DNA from: an uncultured virus (IMG/VR IMGVR_UViG_3300037516_001099)
Lineage: Duplodnaviria > Heunggongvirae > Uroviricota > Caudoviricetes
IMG/VR virus record: IMGVR_UViG_3300037516_001099
Direction: 5' to 3' (one strand)
Length of the DNA: 20,000 bases
Positions 8,176 through 16,015 of the stretch are shown here, piece after piece (the first letter of the stretch is position 1; each line of letters starts with the position of its first letter). The position numbers and the translations under genes were made by a program. The notes beneath the pieces were generated by a model. That model saw only the letters and a list, made by a program, of their open reading frames with translations. It was not told the DNA's origin and ran no database searches.

Positions 8176-8460
8176 ATGAAAGTTGCAATTAACACATGCC
8201 ATGGAGGATTTGATCTTTCACCTGAAGGACTATATTTGTATAGAGAGAGATTAAACGTTCCAGAAAATTTGCCACTTCAAGGCTGGCAAATTCCACGAGA
8301 TGACGAAAACCTTATAAACATTATCAATGAATTAGAAGAAGTGTCATGGGGAAAGTTTTCTCAATTAAAAATTGTCGAGATACCAGATGACATTGAATGG
8401 GAAATTGGTCAATATGATGGCATAGAATGGGTCGCCGAGAAACATCGTAAGTGGGACTAA
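8176..8460 (+). CDS. Conserved phage hypothetical protein
   Basis: IN.C.GGF.LS, PRDD..LI, LKIVEIPDD.EW.I..YDG.EWVAEKHR.W motifs of a widespread phage family. Confidence 0.85.
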   Translation: MKVAINTCHGGFDLSPEGLYLYRERLNVPENLPLQGWQIPRDDENLINIINELEEVSWGKFSQLKIVEIPDDIEWEIGQYDGIEWVAEKHRKWD

Positions 8461-8465
8461 AATTT

Positions 8466-8508
8466 GGTGTACATTATATAGGTTTTATGATATAATAACC
8501 CAGTAAGC
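8466..8508 (+). promoter_or_regulatory. Sigma70-like early promoter (repeat copy 2)
   Basis: TGTACA 8468-8473, 17 nt, TGn-TATAAT 8491-8496, downstream GTAAGC. Confidence 0.85.
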
Positions 8509-8514
8509 AATAAT

Positions 8515-9114
8515 ATGATTAACACATACAAAACCAATCCGTTAAGAGTGCTTAAGCACCCATCTCTGCTATTTAATAGTTACTTTTGGTGGGATTTGAA
8601 ATATCAAATTTCAGCATGGTTTAATCCACGACAAAAGTGGTTGACTAAAACCATTCCAAATACATGGTGTGATAAGACATCACTCATACCACATTTGCTT
8701 TTTGAGTGCCTCATTCATTATATAGAAAAGGAAGAGGGGCTTCAGGATCAAATGGACTGGAGCGAGGATCTTAAAGCAGGACACGTGTCTCAGGAATATA
8801 TTGATACTTTAAAAACAAGAGACACTCTTCTTCGTTCGGTTTATAACTATATTAAGACTGAGCGGCCAATGCTTGAAAAAGAACATGACAATTCTTATCC
8901 AGAAGAGCTTCCTGGGGTTCATGGAATGTTTAGAGAACCAAAGGTTGATGCCGCAGGGAACAAATCATCATGCATGCGTTCATGCGAAGAGCTATATGGT
9001 ATGAGTTTTGAAGAAGCATACGCCGAAACAAATCGTCTCGAAAAACTAATCGAAGAAAAAGACCTGTGGGCCATGAACGCTATCGTTAAATATCATCAAC
9101 ATTTGTGGACATGA
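8515..9114 (+). CDS. Conserved phage hypothetical protein
   Basis: 199-aa ORF with W.D....I...LF..L..Y...E and a terminal LWT. Confidence 0.85.
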   Translation: MINTYKTNPLRVLKHPSLLFNSYFWWDLKYQISAWFNPRQKWLTKTIPNTWCDKTSLIPHLLFECLIHYIEKEEGLQDQMDWSEDLKAGHVSQEYIDTLKTRDTLLRSVYNYIKTERPMLEKEHDNSYPEELPGVHGMFREPKVDAAGNKSSCMRSCEELYGMSFEEAYAETNRLEKLIEEKDLWAMNAIVKYHQHLWT

Positions 9115-9323
9115 ACGTAAAACAACTGATTGAAAAACTAAGTACATATGATCCGAAAACTATGGTTATTGTTTCTGGTTATGAAGGAGGAGTCGATGAA
9201 GCTCATCAAGCTGGCAAAGTTAAGATTAAACTTGATGCGTATACCGAATGGTATTATGGTAAACATGAAGTTGCTGATCGTGATGACGATCCGTTTGATT
9301 GTGAAGCAATTTATATTCATTAA
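9111..9323 (+). CDS. Hypothetical protein (MNVKQLIEKL..YDP...V.V.GYEGG family)
   Basis: ATGA overlap with the upstream gene. Confidence 0.8.
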   Translation: MNVKQLIEKLSTYDPKTMVIVSGYEGGVDEAHQAGKVKIKLDAYTEWYYGKHEVADRDDDPFDCEAIYIH

Positions 9324-9326
9324 ATT

Positions 9327-9782
9327 ATGACAAACCGAGAAACTATTAAATTCCGAGTCTGGAATAAAAAAAATAAACGATGGTTAAGTGCCGATGACGG
9401 AGGTACACACGCTTGTAGCAACTGGGCGCTTGACATTTTTACTGGAAAAATCATAGACTATGTAAACTGCAACGGTGAGTACACTCCAACCGAAGAACCA
9501 AATCATTACTTTGATGGACTTACACACATCAATGAATCTCCTCTCGTCATTCAACAATACACTGGTCTAAAAGATAAAAATGAAAAAGACATTTATGAAG
9601 GTGATATTGTAAAAGCGACATCTGACCAATATACAAATGAAAACTTTATCGGTAAAGTGATTTTTGATGAAGGGTGTTTTTTAACTTGGATTAATAAAAA
9701 TGATATTCGGGGAGTTTGGAGCGGGGATGATATTGAGGTAATCGGTAACATCTTTGAAACCCCCAAACTATTAAAAGCATGA
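9327..9782 (+). CDS. YopX-family protein
   Basis: IKFRVW, QQYTGLKDKN...IYEGDIV and EVIGNIFE motifs. Confidence 0.9.
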   Translation: MTNRETIKFRVWNKKNKRWLSADDGGTHACSNWALDIFTGKIIDYVNCNGEYTPTEEPNHYFDGLTHINESPLVIQQYTGLKDKNEKDIYEGDIVKATSDQYTNENFIGKVIFDEGCFLTWINKNDIRGVWSGDDIEVIGNIFETPKLLKA

Positions 9783-10057
9783 GCGTATTTGAAAAAGATA
9801 AAGAAAGAATGGGACTCCCGAAAGATGGGCAAAAAGTTACGTTTACTCAACCTTGCACACACGCATGGCATACCAATGTAATAACCGATCAAAAGTATCT
9901 TGCCATTGGACAGGAATATACCGTGCGTAAAACTCAACTTAATTCCTCTTCGACATATGTTTGGCTAGAAGAGATTGAGGCTTATGACGCTGAACGTGAC
10001 ATGCCATTTTTCAATATGTGGAGTTTTGATTGGGAAGGCAAAAAGGAACTTTTGTAA
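9779..10057 (+). CDS. Hypothetical protein
   Basis: ATGA overlap. Confidence 0.8.
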   Translation: MSVFEKDKERMGLPKDGQKVTFTQPCTHAWHTNVITDQKYLAIGQEYTVRKTQLNSSSTYVWLEEIEAYDAERDMPFFNMWSFDWEGKKELL

Positions 10058-10106
10058 AATAGTTGTTTACATCTGCCGAATTTTATGGTATAATAACTAT
10101 GTAAGC
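10056..10106 (+). promoter_or_regulatory. Sigma70-like early promoter (repeat copy 3)
   Basis: (G)TTTACA 10066-10071, 17 nt, TGn-TATAAT 10089-10094. Matches the T4 early -35 GTTTAC. Confidence 0.9.
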
Positions 10107-10111
10107 GACAC

Positions 10112-10315
10112 ATGATGAAAAAGCACACAAAACTTCCAACTGGAAAACTAACCCAGATTCATAACTATACACAGGAAGAACAACTTGTATTGCTTACTCA
10201 TATTTGTCATCAGATCTTTATTGCCAGAAATATTAGTATGAACCAAGAAGTAATCCTTGCTAATCTAAAGAAAATTGATACACTCTTTCAAACAGGACCA
10301 GAAGACGGTAATTAA
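10112..10315 (+). CDS. Hypothetical early protein
   Basis: First ORF after the promoter. Confidence 0.75.
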   Translation: MMKKHTKLPTGKLTQIHNYTQEEQLVLLTHICHQIFIARNISMNQEVILANLKKIDTLFQTGPEDGN

Positions 10316-10318
10316 AAT

Positions 10319-10909
10319 ATGAGATCAAGCACAGAAACAATTATTGGAGCTATGAAGATTCTTTCATATGATATTTATTGCGAAGATGGTGTTGCTACAG
10401 CAGCAATCGCAGAAGCGGCAGATCGTCTTGAAGAGATCGCCGCTGAGAATAAAAAACTAAAAACTGAATTACAAGAAGCAAAAGATTATGCCGATAAGCT
10501 TGTAGAGCATAAGGATATGGTTTGTCTGCCAGCCGACCTAGCCAACCTTCGTGAAGCAAATGCTCGTTTCGCAATGGAAAATCATGAGCTTCAAGAAAAA
10601 GTCGATAAACTTGAACGTGAACGTGATGCATGGAAAGCCGCTCACGACAATCAAGTAAAACTAAAGCAAATCATTAGTGACCGCCCTGACTTGAAAGAGC
10701 GAGCTAAACGTGTAGCTGTGTTGATTGAAGAGCGTGATAGCTGGAGAGAAGCAGCATATGCGCTAGGCGAAGCTCTTCCTCCATCATGGGAAGAGTTGCA
10801 ACCACCAGTAGAACAGTTACGAAAATTCAAAGAGATGGTCGCGCTTCAAAACGAAAAGACCAAAAAGCTTCTTGACATTGCAGACAAACATAGTAAAATG
10901 TATCCATGA
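10319..10909 (+). CDS. Coiled-coil hypothetical protein
   Basis: Heptad pattern; internal ERDxW repeat. Confidence 0.85.
   Translation: MRSSTETIIGAMKILSYDIYCEDGVATAAIAEAADRLEEIAAENKKLKTELQEAKDYADKLVEHKDMVCLPADLANLREANARFAMENHELQEKVDKLERERDAWKAAHDNQVKLKQIISDRPDLKERAKRVAVLIEERDSWREAAYALGEALPPSWEELQPPVEQLRKFKEMVALQNEKTKKLLDIADKHSKMYP
10872..10899 (+). promoter_or_regulatory. Gene-internal sigma70-like promoter
   Basis: TTGACA 10872-10877, 16 nt, TAAAAT 10894-10899, then 6 nt to ATG 10906. Confidence 0.5.
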
Positions 10910-10965
10910 AACTTGGCGAAAATAAAAAAGCGGGACGAATTAAACGAACACGTAAGATACAATAA
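10906..10965 (+). CDS. 19-aa basic peptide (MKLGENKKAGRIKRTRKIQ)
   Basis: ATGA overlap with the upstream stop; ends 3 nt before the next ATG. Confidence 0.4.
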   Translation: MKLGENKKAGRIKRTRKIQ

Positions 10966-10968
10966 CGT

Positions 10969-11661
10969 ATGACAAACGAAGAATACCTAAAAGAAATTAA
11001 CCGACTTGAATCTCGCTGTAGCAACCTTCAGGCAGTAGTTAATGGCGATGCCTATAATATCAAACGTCTATCAGAAGTAAACGAGCGGCTAGTTGACGCA
11101 TGTTCTATTTCGGAAATGGAATTGGAAACTCTACAAGGTGAGATTGAAATGACTTATAGGTATTATGCTGGCTTTGGAGCAAAGAAAGATCTTACAACAA
11201 CTGAAATGTTGAATCATATCTTGCGAACTGTGCCAAACTATAAGCCAACAAAAGAAGAGCACGATCTGGAAGATATGAAGCGTCACTGCGATCATTACAT
11301 CAAGGCACTGGAGGAAATCACCAAGAAGAATCGTAAAGCAGAAACTTGCCGAATGATCGCTCTGAAGGCTTTAGGAGAACTTGATGACGATAAGTATCAG
11401 CCAGAGTTATTGATTGAAGAAAATCTTAAATTGAGAATGCAAGTAGAAGATCTTGAAAGTAAGATTGTTAAATATTCTATTGATAAGGTTTTTCCTACAG
11501 AAGCTCAAGCCCATCCTTTGATGCATTGTAAAGACTTTAAAGAAGAATTAAAGCGTGAATGGTTCTTTCACAAAAGAAATCCAGAAATGCTTATTTTATT
11601 GTTGATTATAATTGGACTGCCGTTATACTATATTCTTACAGAAACGCTATGGAAAAATTAA
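10969..11661 (+). CDS. Coiled-coil protein with C-terminal TM segment
   Basis: Heptads plus MLILLLIIIGLPLYYIL. Confidence 0.85.
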   Translation: MTNEEYLKEINRLESRCSNLQAVVNGDAYNIKRLSEVNERLVDACSISEMELETLQGEIEMTYRYYAGFGAKKDLTTTEMLNHILRTVPNYKPTKEEHDLEDMKRHCDHYIKALEEITKKNRKAETCRMIALKALGELDDDKYQPELLIEENLKLRMQVEDLESKIVKYSIDKVFPTEAQAHPLMHCKDFKEELKREWFFHKRNPEMLILLLIIIGLPLYYILTETLWKN

Positions 11662-11951
11662 TTCGTACTATAGATACTACTGATCTTGAGTTAGACGAGA
11701 TGAGTATTGAAGGAGCGATTGAATATCTTCAATCACTACAAGAAAAATATTCAAAGGATTGGACTGATTTACAAATCTATGAAGACTCTTGTTATGAAGG
11801 TGGGTATCATCTTAAGCTTCGTGGTAAACGCTTCGAAACTGATCAAGAATACGCAAATCGATTAAAGTATCATAAAGAACGTGCCGAGGAAAAAATCGTC
11901 CGAGATCGTTCTGAATACGAGAGATTAAAAGCTTTATTTGAAAAAGAATAA
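11649..11951 (+). CDS. Hypothetical protein (starts MEKLIRT)
   Basis: R.ETD.EY..R and EYERLK..F motifs of a common phage family. Confidence 0.8.
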   Translation: MEKLIRTIDTTDLELDEMSIEGAIEYLQSLQEKYSKDWTDLQIYEDSCYEGGYHLKLRGKRFETDQEYANRLKYHKERAEEKIVRDRSEYERLKALFEKE

Positions 11952-11955
11952 TAAT

Positions 11956-12663
11956 ATGAAAACTAAAACCGTAAAAGAACTAAAAGAAAAAATCGAAGCA
12001 GAAGTCAAAGAAGATTATGACTTTGAGCAACATCTGTTTAAAAAGTATCCTAACCTTTTCTATACAGGAGAAGATGGAGAACTGCTGCCGCAGTTTCAAA
12101 GATGCTGGAATGATTGCCCTAAAGGATGGGAGACTATTGTAGATCATCTATTCGGCAGTATTGATAACTATATTAAAAATACTCAACGGAGCAAAATTAA
12201 TCCTAATAAAAAGATCAAAGCTTGGATCAATGAAAAAATGTGGAAGCCTATTAACTGGAAAATCAACACAATTTTTAATCCATACAAAGACACGTTTGTG
12301 ATTCGTAAGTTTGCTTCTCCGACACCAGAGCAAAGAGCAAAGATTGATGCAAAATTCTCAATGAAGGTTCGAAGACTTACATCGAAAATCGCTTCTTGGT
12401 TCATGCGCGACTTATACATTCGTACCAACCCTAAGCAAGCAAAGATTGCCCAGTACAAAGAAAAGTTTGGAACTCTACGAGTATACGCCGATGGAGGAGA
12501 CGATGATATTTATGGTATGATTCGTTTTGCTGAGTATCTTACCTCAAAGACATGTCAGCATACTGGTGAAGCAGGAGATCTTTACAAAAAGGGTGGGTGG
12601 TATGCGACACTATCACCTAAAAAGGCAAAACAATTGGGATTTTCTGCAACTAAGGAACTGTAA
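11956..12663 (+). CDS. Conserved phage protein of the QxKEKFGxLRxY family
   Basis: KYPNLF, C..GW, QYKEKFGTLRVY, AE...SKTC..G and GW..TL motifs. Confidence 0.85.
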   Translation: MKTKTVKELKEKIEAEVKEDYDFEQHLFKKYPNLFYTGEDGELLPQFQRCWNDCPKGWETIVDHLFGSIDNYIKNTQRSKINPNKKIKAWINEKMWKPINWKINTIFNPYKDTFVIRKFASPTPEQRAKIDAKFSMKVRRLTSKIASWFMRDLYIRTNPKQAKIAQYKEKFGTLRVYADGGDDDIYGMIRFAEYLTSKTCQHTGEAGDLYKKGGWYATLSPKKAKQLGFSATKEL

Positions 12664-12677
12664 TATAATAATATGTA

Positions 12678-12869
12678 ATGAGCTATTATGTAGAAAATGA
12701 TAATGTGTTTTTTCCAAAACATGGCTTTGTCTTTCATTGCAGTTTTGCTGAAGCATATAGGAATTATTCCACAATAGAAACAAGACGCAAACTCAAAAAG
12801 CATTATACAAAATCACAGCAAAACGACATCATTCACTATTTAAAAGAACAAAAATACATTACAATATGA
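12678..12869 (+). CDS. Hypothetical protein
   Basis: ATGA overlap with the next gene. Confidence 0.65.
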   Translation: MSYYVENDNVFFPKHGFVFHCSFAEAYRNYSTIETRRKLKKHYTKSQQNDIIHYLKEQKYITI

Positions 12870-13552
12870 GCAACCCAATTTACATTATCGGAGACATCCA
12901 CGGCGCATTTAATCGCCTAATGAAAAAAGTTACTGACCTCGATTTACGTGACTGCACATTGATCTGTGTTGGCGACTTAGGTATGGGGTTTCACTATTCC
13001 CCAGAGGGCGAGCGTAAAGGATGCGTTCTTATGAATGAATTCTTTGAAGAAAGACATATTCGCTTTATGTCGATTCGGGGTAATCACGATGATCCACTGT
13101 ATTTCAATGGTTCTGAACGAATCGACCTGAGCCATTTCAAACTACTTCCCGATTATCATACTGAAACTATTAACGGAGAAAAGTTTTTGTTTGTCGGCGG
13201 AGCAGTAAGCATTGATCGAGCCTGCCGTAAGGAAGGATTGAGTTACTGGAGCGATGAAGTATTCGTACTAAAGCCAGAACTTGTTGAAAAGTGTGATGTT
13301 CTTATTACCCATTCTGCACCAAGTTGGATTGGACCCTTTGACAAAGAAGGTATTAGTGGTTGGTGCGAAAAAGATCCAACGCTTTGGGACTTATGCTATA
13401 AAGAGCGTATTGAACATAGCGAATTGATTAAACTTTGCCAGCCGTCAAAAGCATATCATGGACATTTTCATGAGAGTCATTGGGTTGACTTTGCTGAATG
13501 CTATTCTACAATTTTGGCGATTGAGGAAATAAAAGAGCACAGAAAAGCTTAA
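12866..13552 (+). CDS. Calcineurin-like metallophosphoesterase
   Basis: GDIHG, GDLG, GNHD, THS and HGHFH motifs. Confidence 0.92.
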   Translation: MSNPIYIIGDIHGAFNRLMKKVTDLDLRDCTLICVGDLGMGFHYSPEGERKGCVLMNEFFEERHIRFMSIRGNHDDPLYFNGSERIDLSHFKLLPDYHTETINGEKFLFVGGAVSIDRACRKEGLSYWSDEVFVLKPELVEKCDVLITHSAPSWIGPFDKEGISGWCEKDPTLWDLCYKERIEHSELIKLCQPSKAYHGHFHESHWVDFAECYSTILAIEEIKEHRKA

Positions 13553-13626
13553 AGGCCTTCACCCGCAATAATTTGCATCTATCGAAGATATAAAAAAATA
13601 CTAAAGATAGAAAGGAAACAAACATA

Positions 13627-14034
13627 ATGAATAAAATTACGTATATAATACTATTATCATTATTATTCTGTGGGGATGTGTATGCACTTGCTCCACAGAA
13701 CGCTACTAAAATAAGAGCGCGCATTACATATTACTATCCCGAATCCCCATGGTGGGGACGGGTTGCGTGCTCAAAAATAAAACACGGAAAGTCTGGAGTT
13801 ACCATAGCGGCTCATCCAGACTTTCCTTTCGGGACTAAAATCATTATTCCCGAATTAGAAAATAAAGTAGGAAATGGGAGTTTCGTCGTCCAAGACCGTG
13901 GTTCGGCCGTTACTCGCAAAAGTGCTGCGCGGGGAAATGGGTATGTCTTCGACGTATTTGTACCCTCACGTAACACACTGCGTCAGCTTGTGACATCCAC
14001 TAATGCTTGGATGGATGTTTATATTCTGAAGTAG
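13627..14034 (+). CDS. Secreted 3D-domain (MltA/RlpA-like double-psi barrel) protein
   Basis: Signal-peptide-like N-terminus; ITYY, TIAAHP..PFGTKI.I, VVQDRGSAV, FDVFV. Confidence 0.8.
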   Translation: MNKITYIILLSLLFCGDVYALAPQNATKIRARITYYYPESPWWGRVACSKIKHGKSGVTIAAHPDFPFGTKIIIPELENKVGNGSFVVQDRGSAVTRKSAARGNGYVFDVFVPSRNTLRQLVTSTNAWMDVYILK

Positions 14035-14077
14035 ACCATAAACATTCGATAGATGCAAAAATTGTCTAAAAAAGTGC

Positions 14078-14121
14078 TTTTTCACGCATTTTTACGTCCC
14101 AGAGACGTAAAAAATGAAAAA
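14078..14121. other. Long AT-rich hairpin upstream of promoter (possible bidirectional terminator)
   Basis: TTTTTACGTC-ccaga-GACGTAAAAA (14089-14113), extended by TTTTTCA/TGAAAAA. Confidence 0.6.
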
Positions 14122-14132
14122 AAGTGAATTTT

Positions 14133-14175
14133 GTTGTGTACAAGTTCGAGGATTCATGCTATAATGGCTATGTAC
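14133..14175 (+). promoter_or_regulatory. Sigma70-like early promoter (repeat copy 4)
   Basis: GTTG-TGTACA 14137-14142, 17 nt, TGC-TATAAT 14160-14165, then GGCTATGTA. Confidence 0.85.
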
Positions 14176-14200
14176 AGCTAAACAATACAAACACACACAT

Positions 14201-14668
14201 ATGCTAACACGAGTAGAAGAAATGATTGACGAATTGCATTCCCGCCCTAATGCTAAAGATGGGTTTACTGCTAAGGAAGTATATACAGTCGGGCGCGAAT
14301 ATGGCCTGACATGCAGGGAAATTGGACAAAACTTCCTTGGAAAGGCCAAGTGTATTGGCTACAGCCGCTACTTGCCGCAAAACCTCCCACTCGAGGTAAT
14401 CGCCGCGGCTCTTGCAGCAGGTCCAACCAAACGTGGCCGTAAAGCCGGTGTTGCAAAAAAGGCAACTGCTAAAAAGCTCGCAAAGGTAATTGAACCCGAA
14501 GTTGAGGACAAAATTGCTGAAGACTTTGAAGCAATTGAATTTACTGAAAGTAGCGACGATGGCTGCTGCTTTATTGCTAGCCCCGAAGAAATTTCGGAAG
14601 ACTTCCAAGTTGAAGCTCCACCAAAGCGGAAGGCTCCGCCAAAACAACGTAAGGTAAAAGTTTCCTAA
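14201..14668 (+). CDS. Putative DNA-binding early protein (folded N-domain, AT-hook-like KRGRK, Lys/Ala-rich and acidic tail)
   Basis: PTKRGRKAG, KKATAKK, acidic stretch, basic C-terminus. Confidence 0.7.
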   Translation: MLTRVEEMIDELHSRPNAKDGFTAKEVYTVGREYGLTCREIGQNFLGKAKCIGYSRYLPQNLPLEVIAAALAAGPTKRGRKAGVAKKATAKKLAKVIEPEVEDKIAEDFEAIEFTESSDDGCCFIASPEEISEDFQVEAPPKRKAPPKQRKVKVS

Positions 14669-14675
14669 ACACTTC

Positions 14676-14711
14676 GCCAAGGCAATATTTCTATATTGCC
14701 TTGGCTTTTTT
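14676..14711 (+). terminator. Rho-independent terminator
   Basis: 13-bp perfect stem GCCAAGGCAATAT/ATATTGCCTTGGC, loop TTCT, T6 tail. Confidence 0.92.
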
Positions 14712-14739
14712 ATGCATAAATCTCAGTATAAATCTTATT

Positions 14740-15099
14740 ATGACAACCACAATTCCAATTATTAATCGTCTACATTCTATGTTTACGTCGTCACCGACCG
14801 ACAATATTAATGATCCACTTAAGCAAGTCCTTTTTTCACGACTCGTTAATTTTGTGGAGCATGATGATTGCTTTAATACGCTTTCTTGGTCATCGTTTGA
14901 AAATGGACACAGCGTTAAGGATTGCATTTCAGATGCGTATATCTATATCTCTAATGACCGTCAACTTCAAGTCAATAAAATTATTGAAGTTGAATTGCTT
15001 GGAGATGAGGACTATACCGAATTCGAACGTGAACTAGACACACAGGACAATTACTATCTTAAACTAATCATTGAACACCGCAAAATCATCTTTGGATAA
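14740..15099 (+). CDS. Hypothetical acidic protein (starts MTTTIPI)
   Basis: ATG at 14740 after the terminator; coupled to gp42 by TAA-T-ATG. Confidence 0.75.
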   Translation: MTTTIPIINRLHSMFTSSPTDNINDPLKQVLFSRLVNFVEHDDCFNTLSWSSFENGHSVKDCISDAYIYISNDRQLQVNKIIEVELLGDEDYTEFERELDTQDNYYLKLIIEHRKIIFG

Positions 15100-15100
15100 T

Positions 15101-15832
15101 ATGACAATCAATCAAATCAGAAATTACTTTGTTGAACAATATAATGCGGGGGCCTTTGTAGTTGATAAAACTGGAGTGTCTACTCTAGAACTAGTAGGCG
15201 CTTCTTTTTGTGCAGATGAGCCAAGCATTTTCGGCGAACTCAATCATGAGTATATTCAACATGAGTTGGATTGGTACCTATCGCGATCGCTGAACGTAAA
15301 TGACATTCCAGGTAAAGTTCCAGCAATTTGGAAATCAGTGGCAACTCCAGCCGGATTCATTAACTCAAATTACGGTTATCTCACCCTCGATTCCAAGAAT
15401 CATAATCAGTATCAAAACACTCTAAACGAATTGGTCCGCAATCCAAATTCGCGCCGTGCGATTATGATCTATACTCGTCCCACCATGCATGATGATTGGC
15501 ACAAAGGTGGTATGAGTGATTTCATCTGTACGAACGCCGTACAATACTTGATTCGTGACGGTAAAGTACATTGTATCGTTCAAATGAGGAGTAATGATAT
15601 TTGGGCAGGCTATCGTAATGACTATGCATGGCAAAAGTATGTGTTAGATAAGTTAGTTGCAGATTATAATCTAAAAGATTATAGGGCAAATCTTGTTGCA
15701 GGTGATATTACTTGGCAAGTTGGTAGTTTACATGCATATGAAAATCAATTTTATTTAATCGATCATTATAGTAAAACTAGAGAACATTACATTTCAAAGA
15801 AAGATTATAACATTCTATATAATAAATCATAA
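15101..15832 (+). CDS. 42: dCMP hydroxymethylase (T4 gp42 homolog, thymidylate-synthase fold)
   Basis: Blocks match T4 gp42 as I remember it: FVVDKTGV, GASF.ADEP.IFG.LN.EYIQ.EL.WY, INSNYG, SRR.IMIYTRP, GMSDF.CTN.VQYLIRD, MRSND, RNDYAWQKYVLDKLV, VGSLH.Y, HISKKDY-like end. Has the catalytic Cys and the cytosine-specifying Asp. Confidence 0.95.
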   Translation: MTINQIRNYFVEQYNAGAFVVDKTGVSTLELVGASFCADEPSIFGELNHEYIQHELDWYLSRSLNVNDIPGKVPAIWKSVATPAGFINSNYGYLTLDSKNHNQYQNTLNELVRNPNSRRAIMIYTRPTMHDDWHKGGMSDFICTNAVQYLIRDGKVHCIVQMRSNDIWAGYRNDYAWQKYVLDKLVADYNLKDYRANLVAGDITWQVGSLHAYENQFYLIDHYSKTREHYISKKDYNILYNKS

Positions 15833-15847
15833 GCAATCACTTTAATA

Positions 15848-15875
15848 TTTACAAAAACTATATTCGATATATAAT
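15848..15875 (+). promoter_or_regulatory. Sigma70-like promoter, likely leaderless
   Basis: TTTACA 15848-15853, 16 nt, TATAAT 15870-15875, then 6 nt to ATG 15882. Confidence 0.65.
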
Positions 15876-15881
15876 AAACAT

Positions 15882-16007
15882 ATGAAAAACAACAACCCCA
15901 AGGTAAAACCAAAGAAAATTAAGCGCAAAGGAATTCATGCTAAAAGCAAAACTTCCCATTTGAAGCAAAGCAAAAATTACAAAAAGCTTTCCCGCGGTCA
16001 AGGTTAA
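15882..16007 (+). CDS. 41-aa highly basic peptide ending in RGQG, not in ORF track
   Basis: MKNNNPKVKPKKIKRKGIHAKSKTSHLKQSKNYKKLSRGQG (hand-translated). Confidence 0.8.
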   Translation: MKNNNPKVKPKKIKRKGIHAKSKTSHLKQSKNYKKLSRGQG

Positions 16008-16015
16008 TATATTAT

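Noticed and set aside
301..14175. CRISPR array or IS ends
   Set aside because: The repeats are kilobases apart, imperfect and promoter-shaped; no spacers, cas genes or transposase.
14727..14734. T4 late promoter
   Set aside because: Reads TATAAATC, not TATAAATA. I saw no exact late consensus in the window and the genes are early/middle type.
15101..15832. Thymidylate synthase or dUMP hydroxymethylase call
   Set aside because: It has Asp (RND-YAWQ) at the base-specificity position where dUMP enzymes have Asn, and it follows T4 gp42 along its length.
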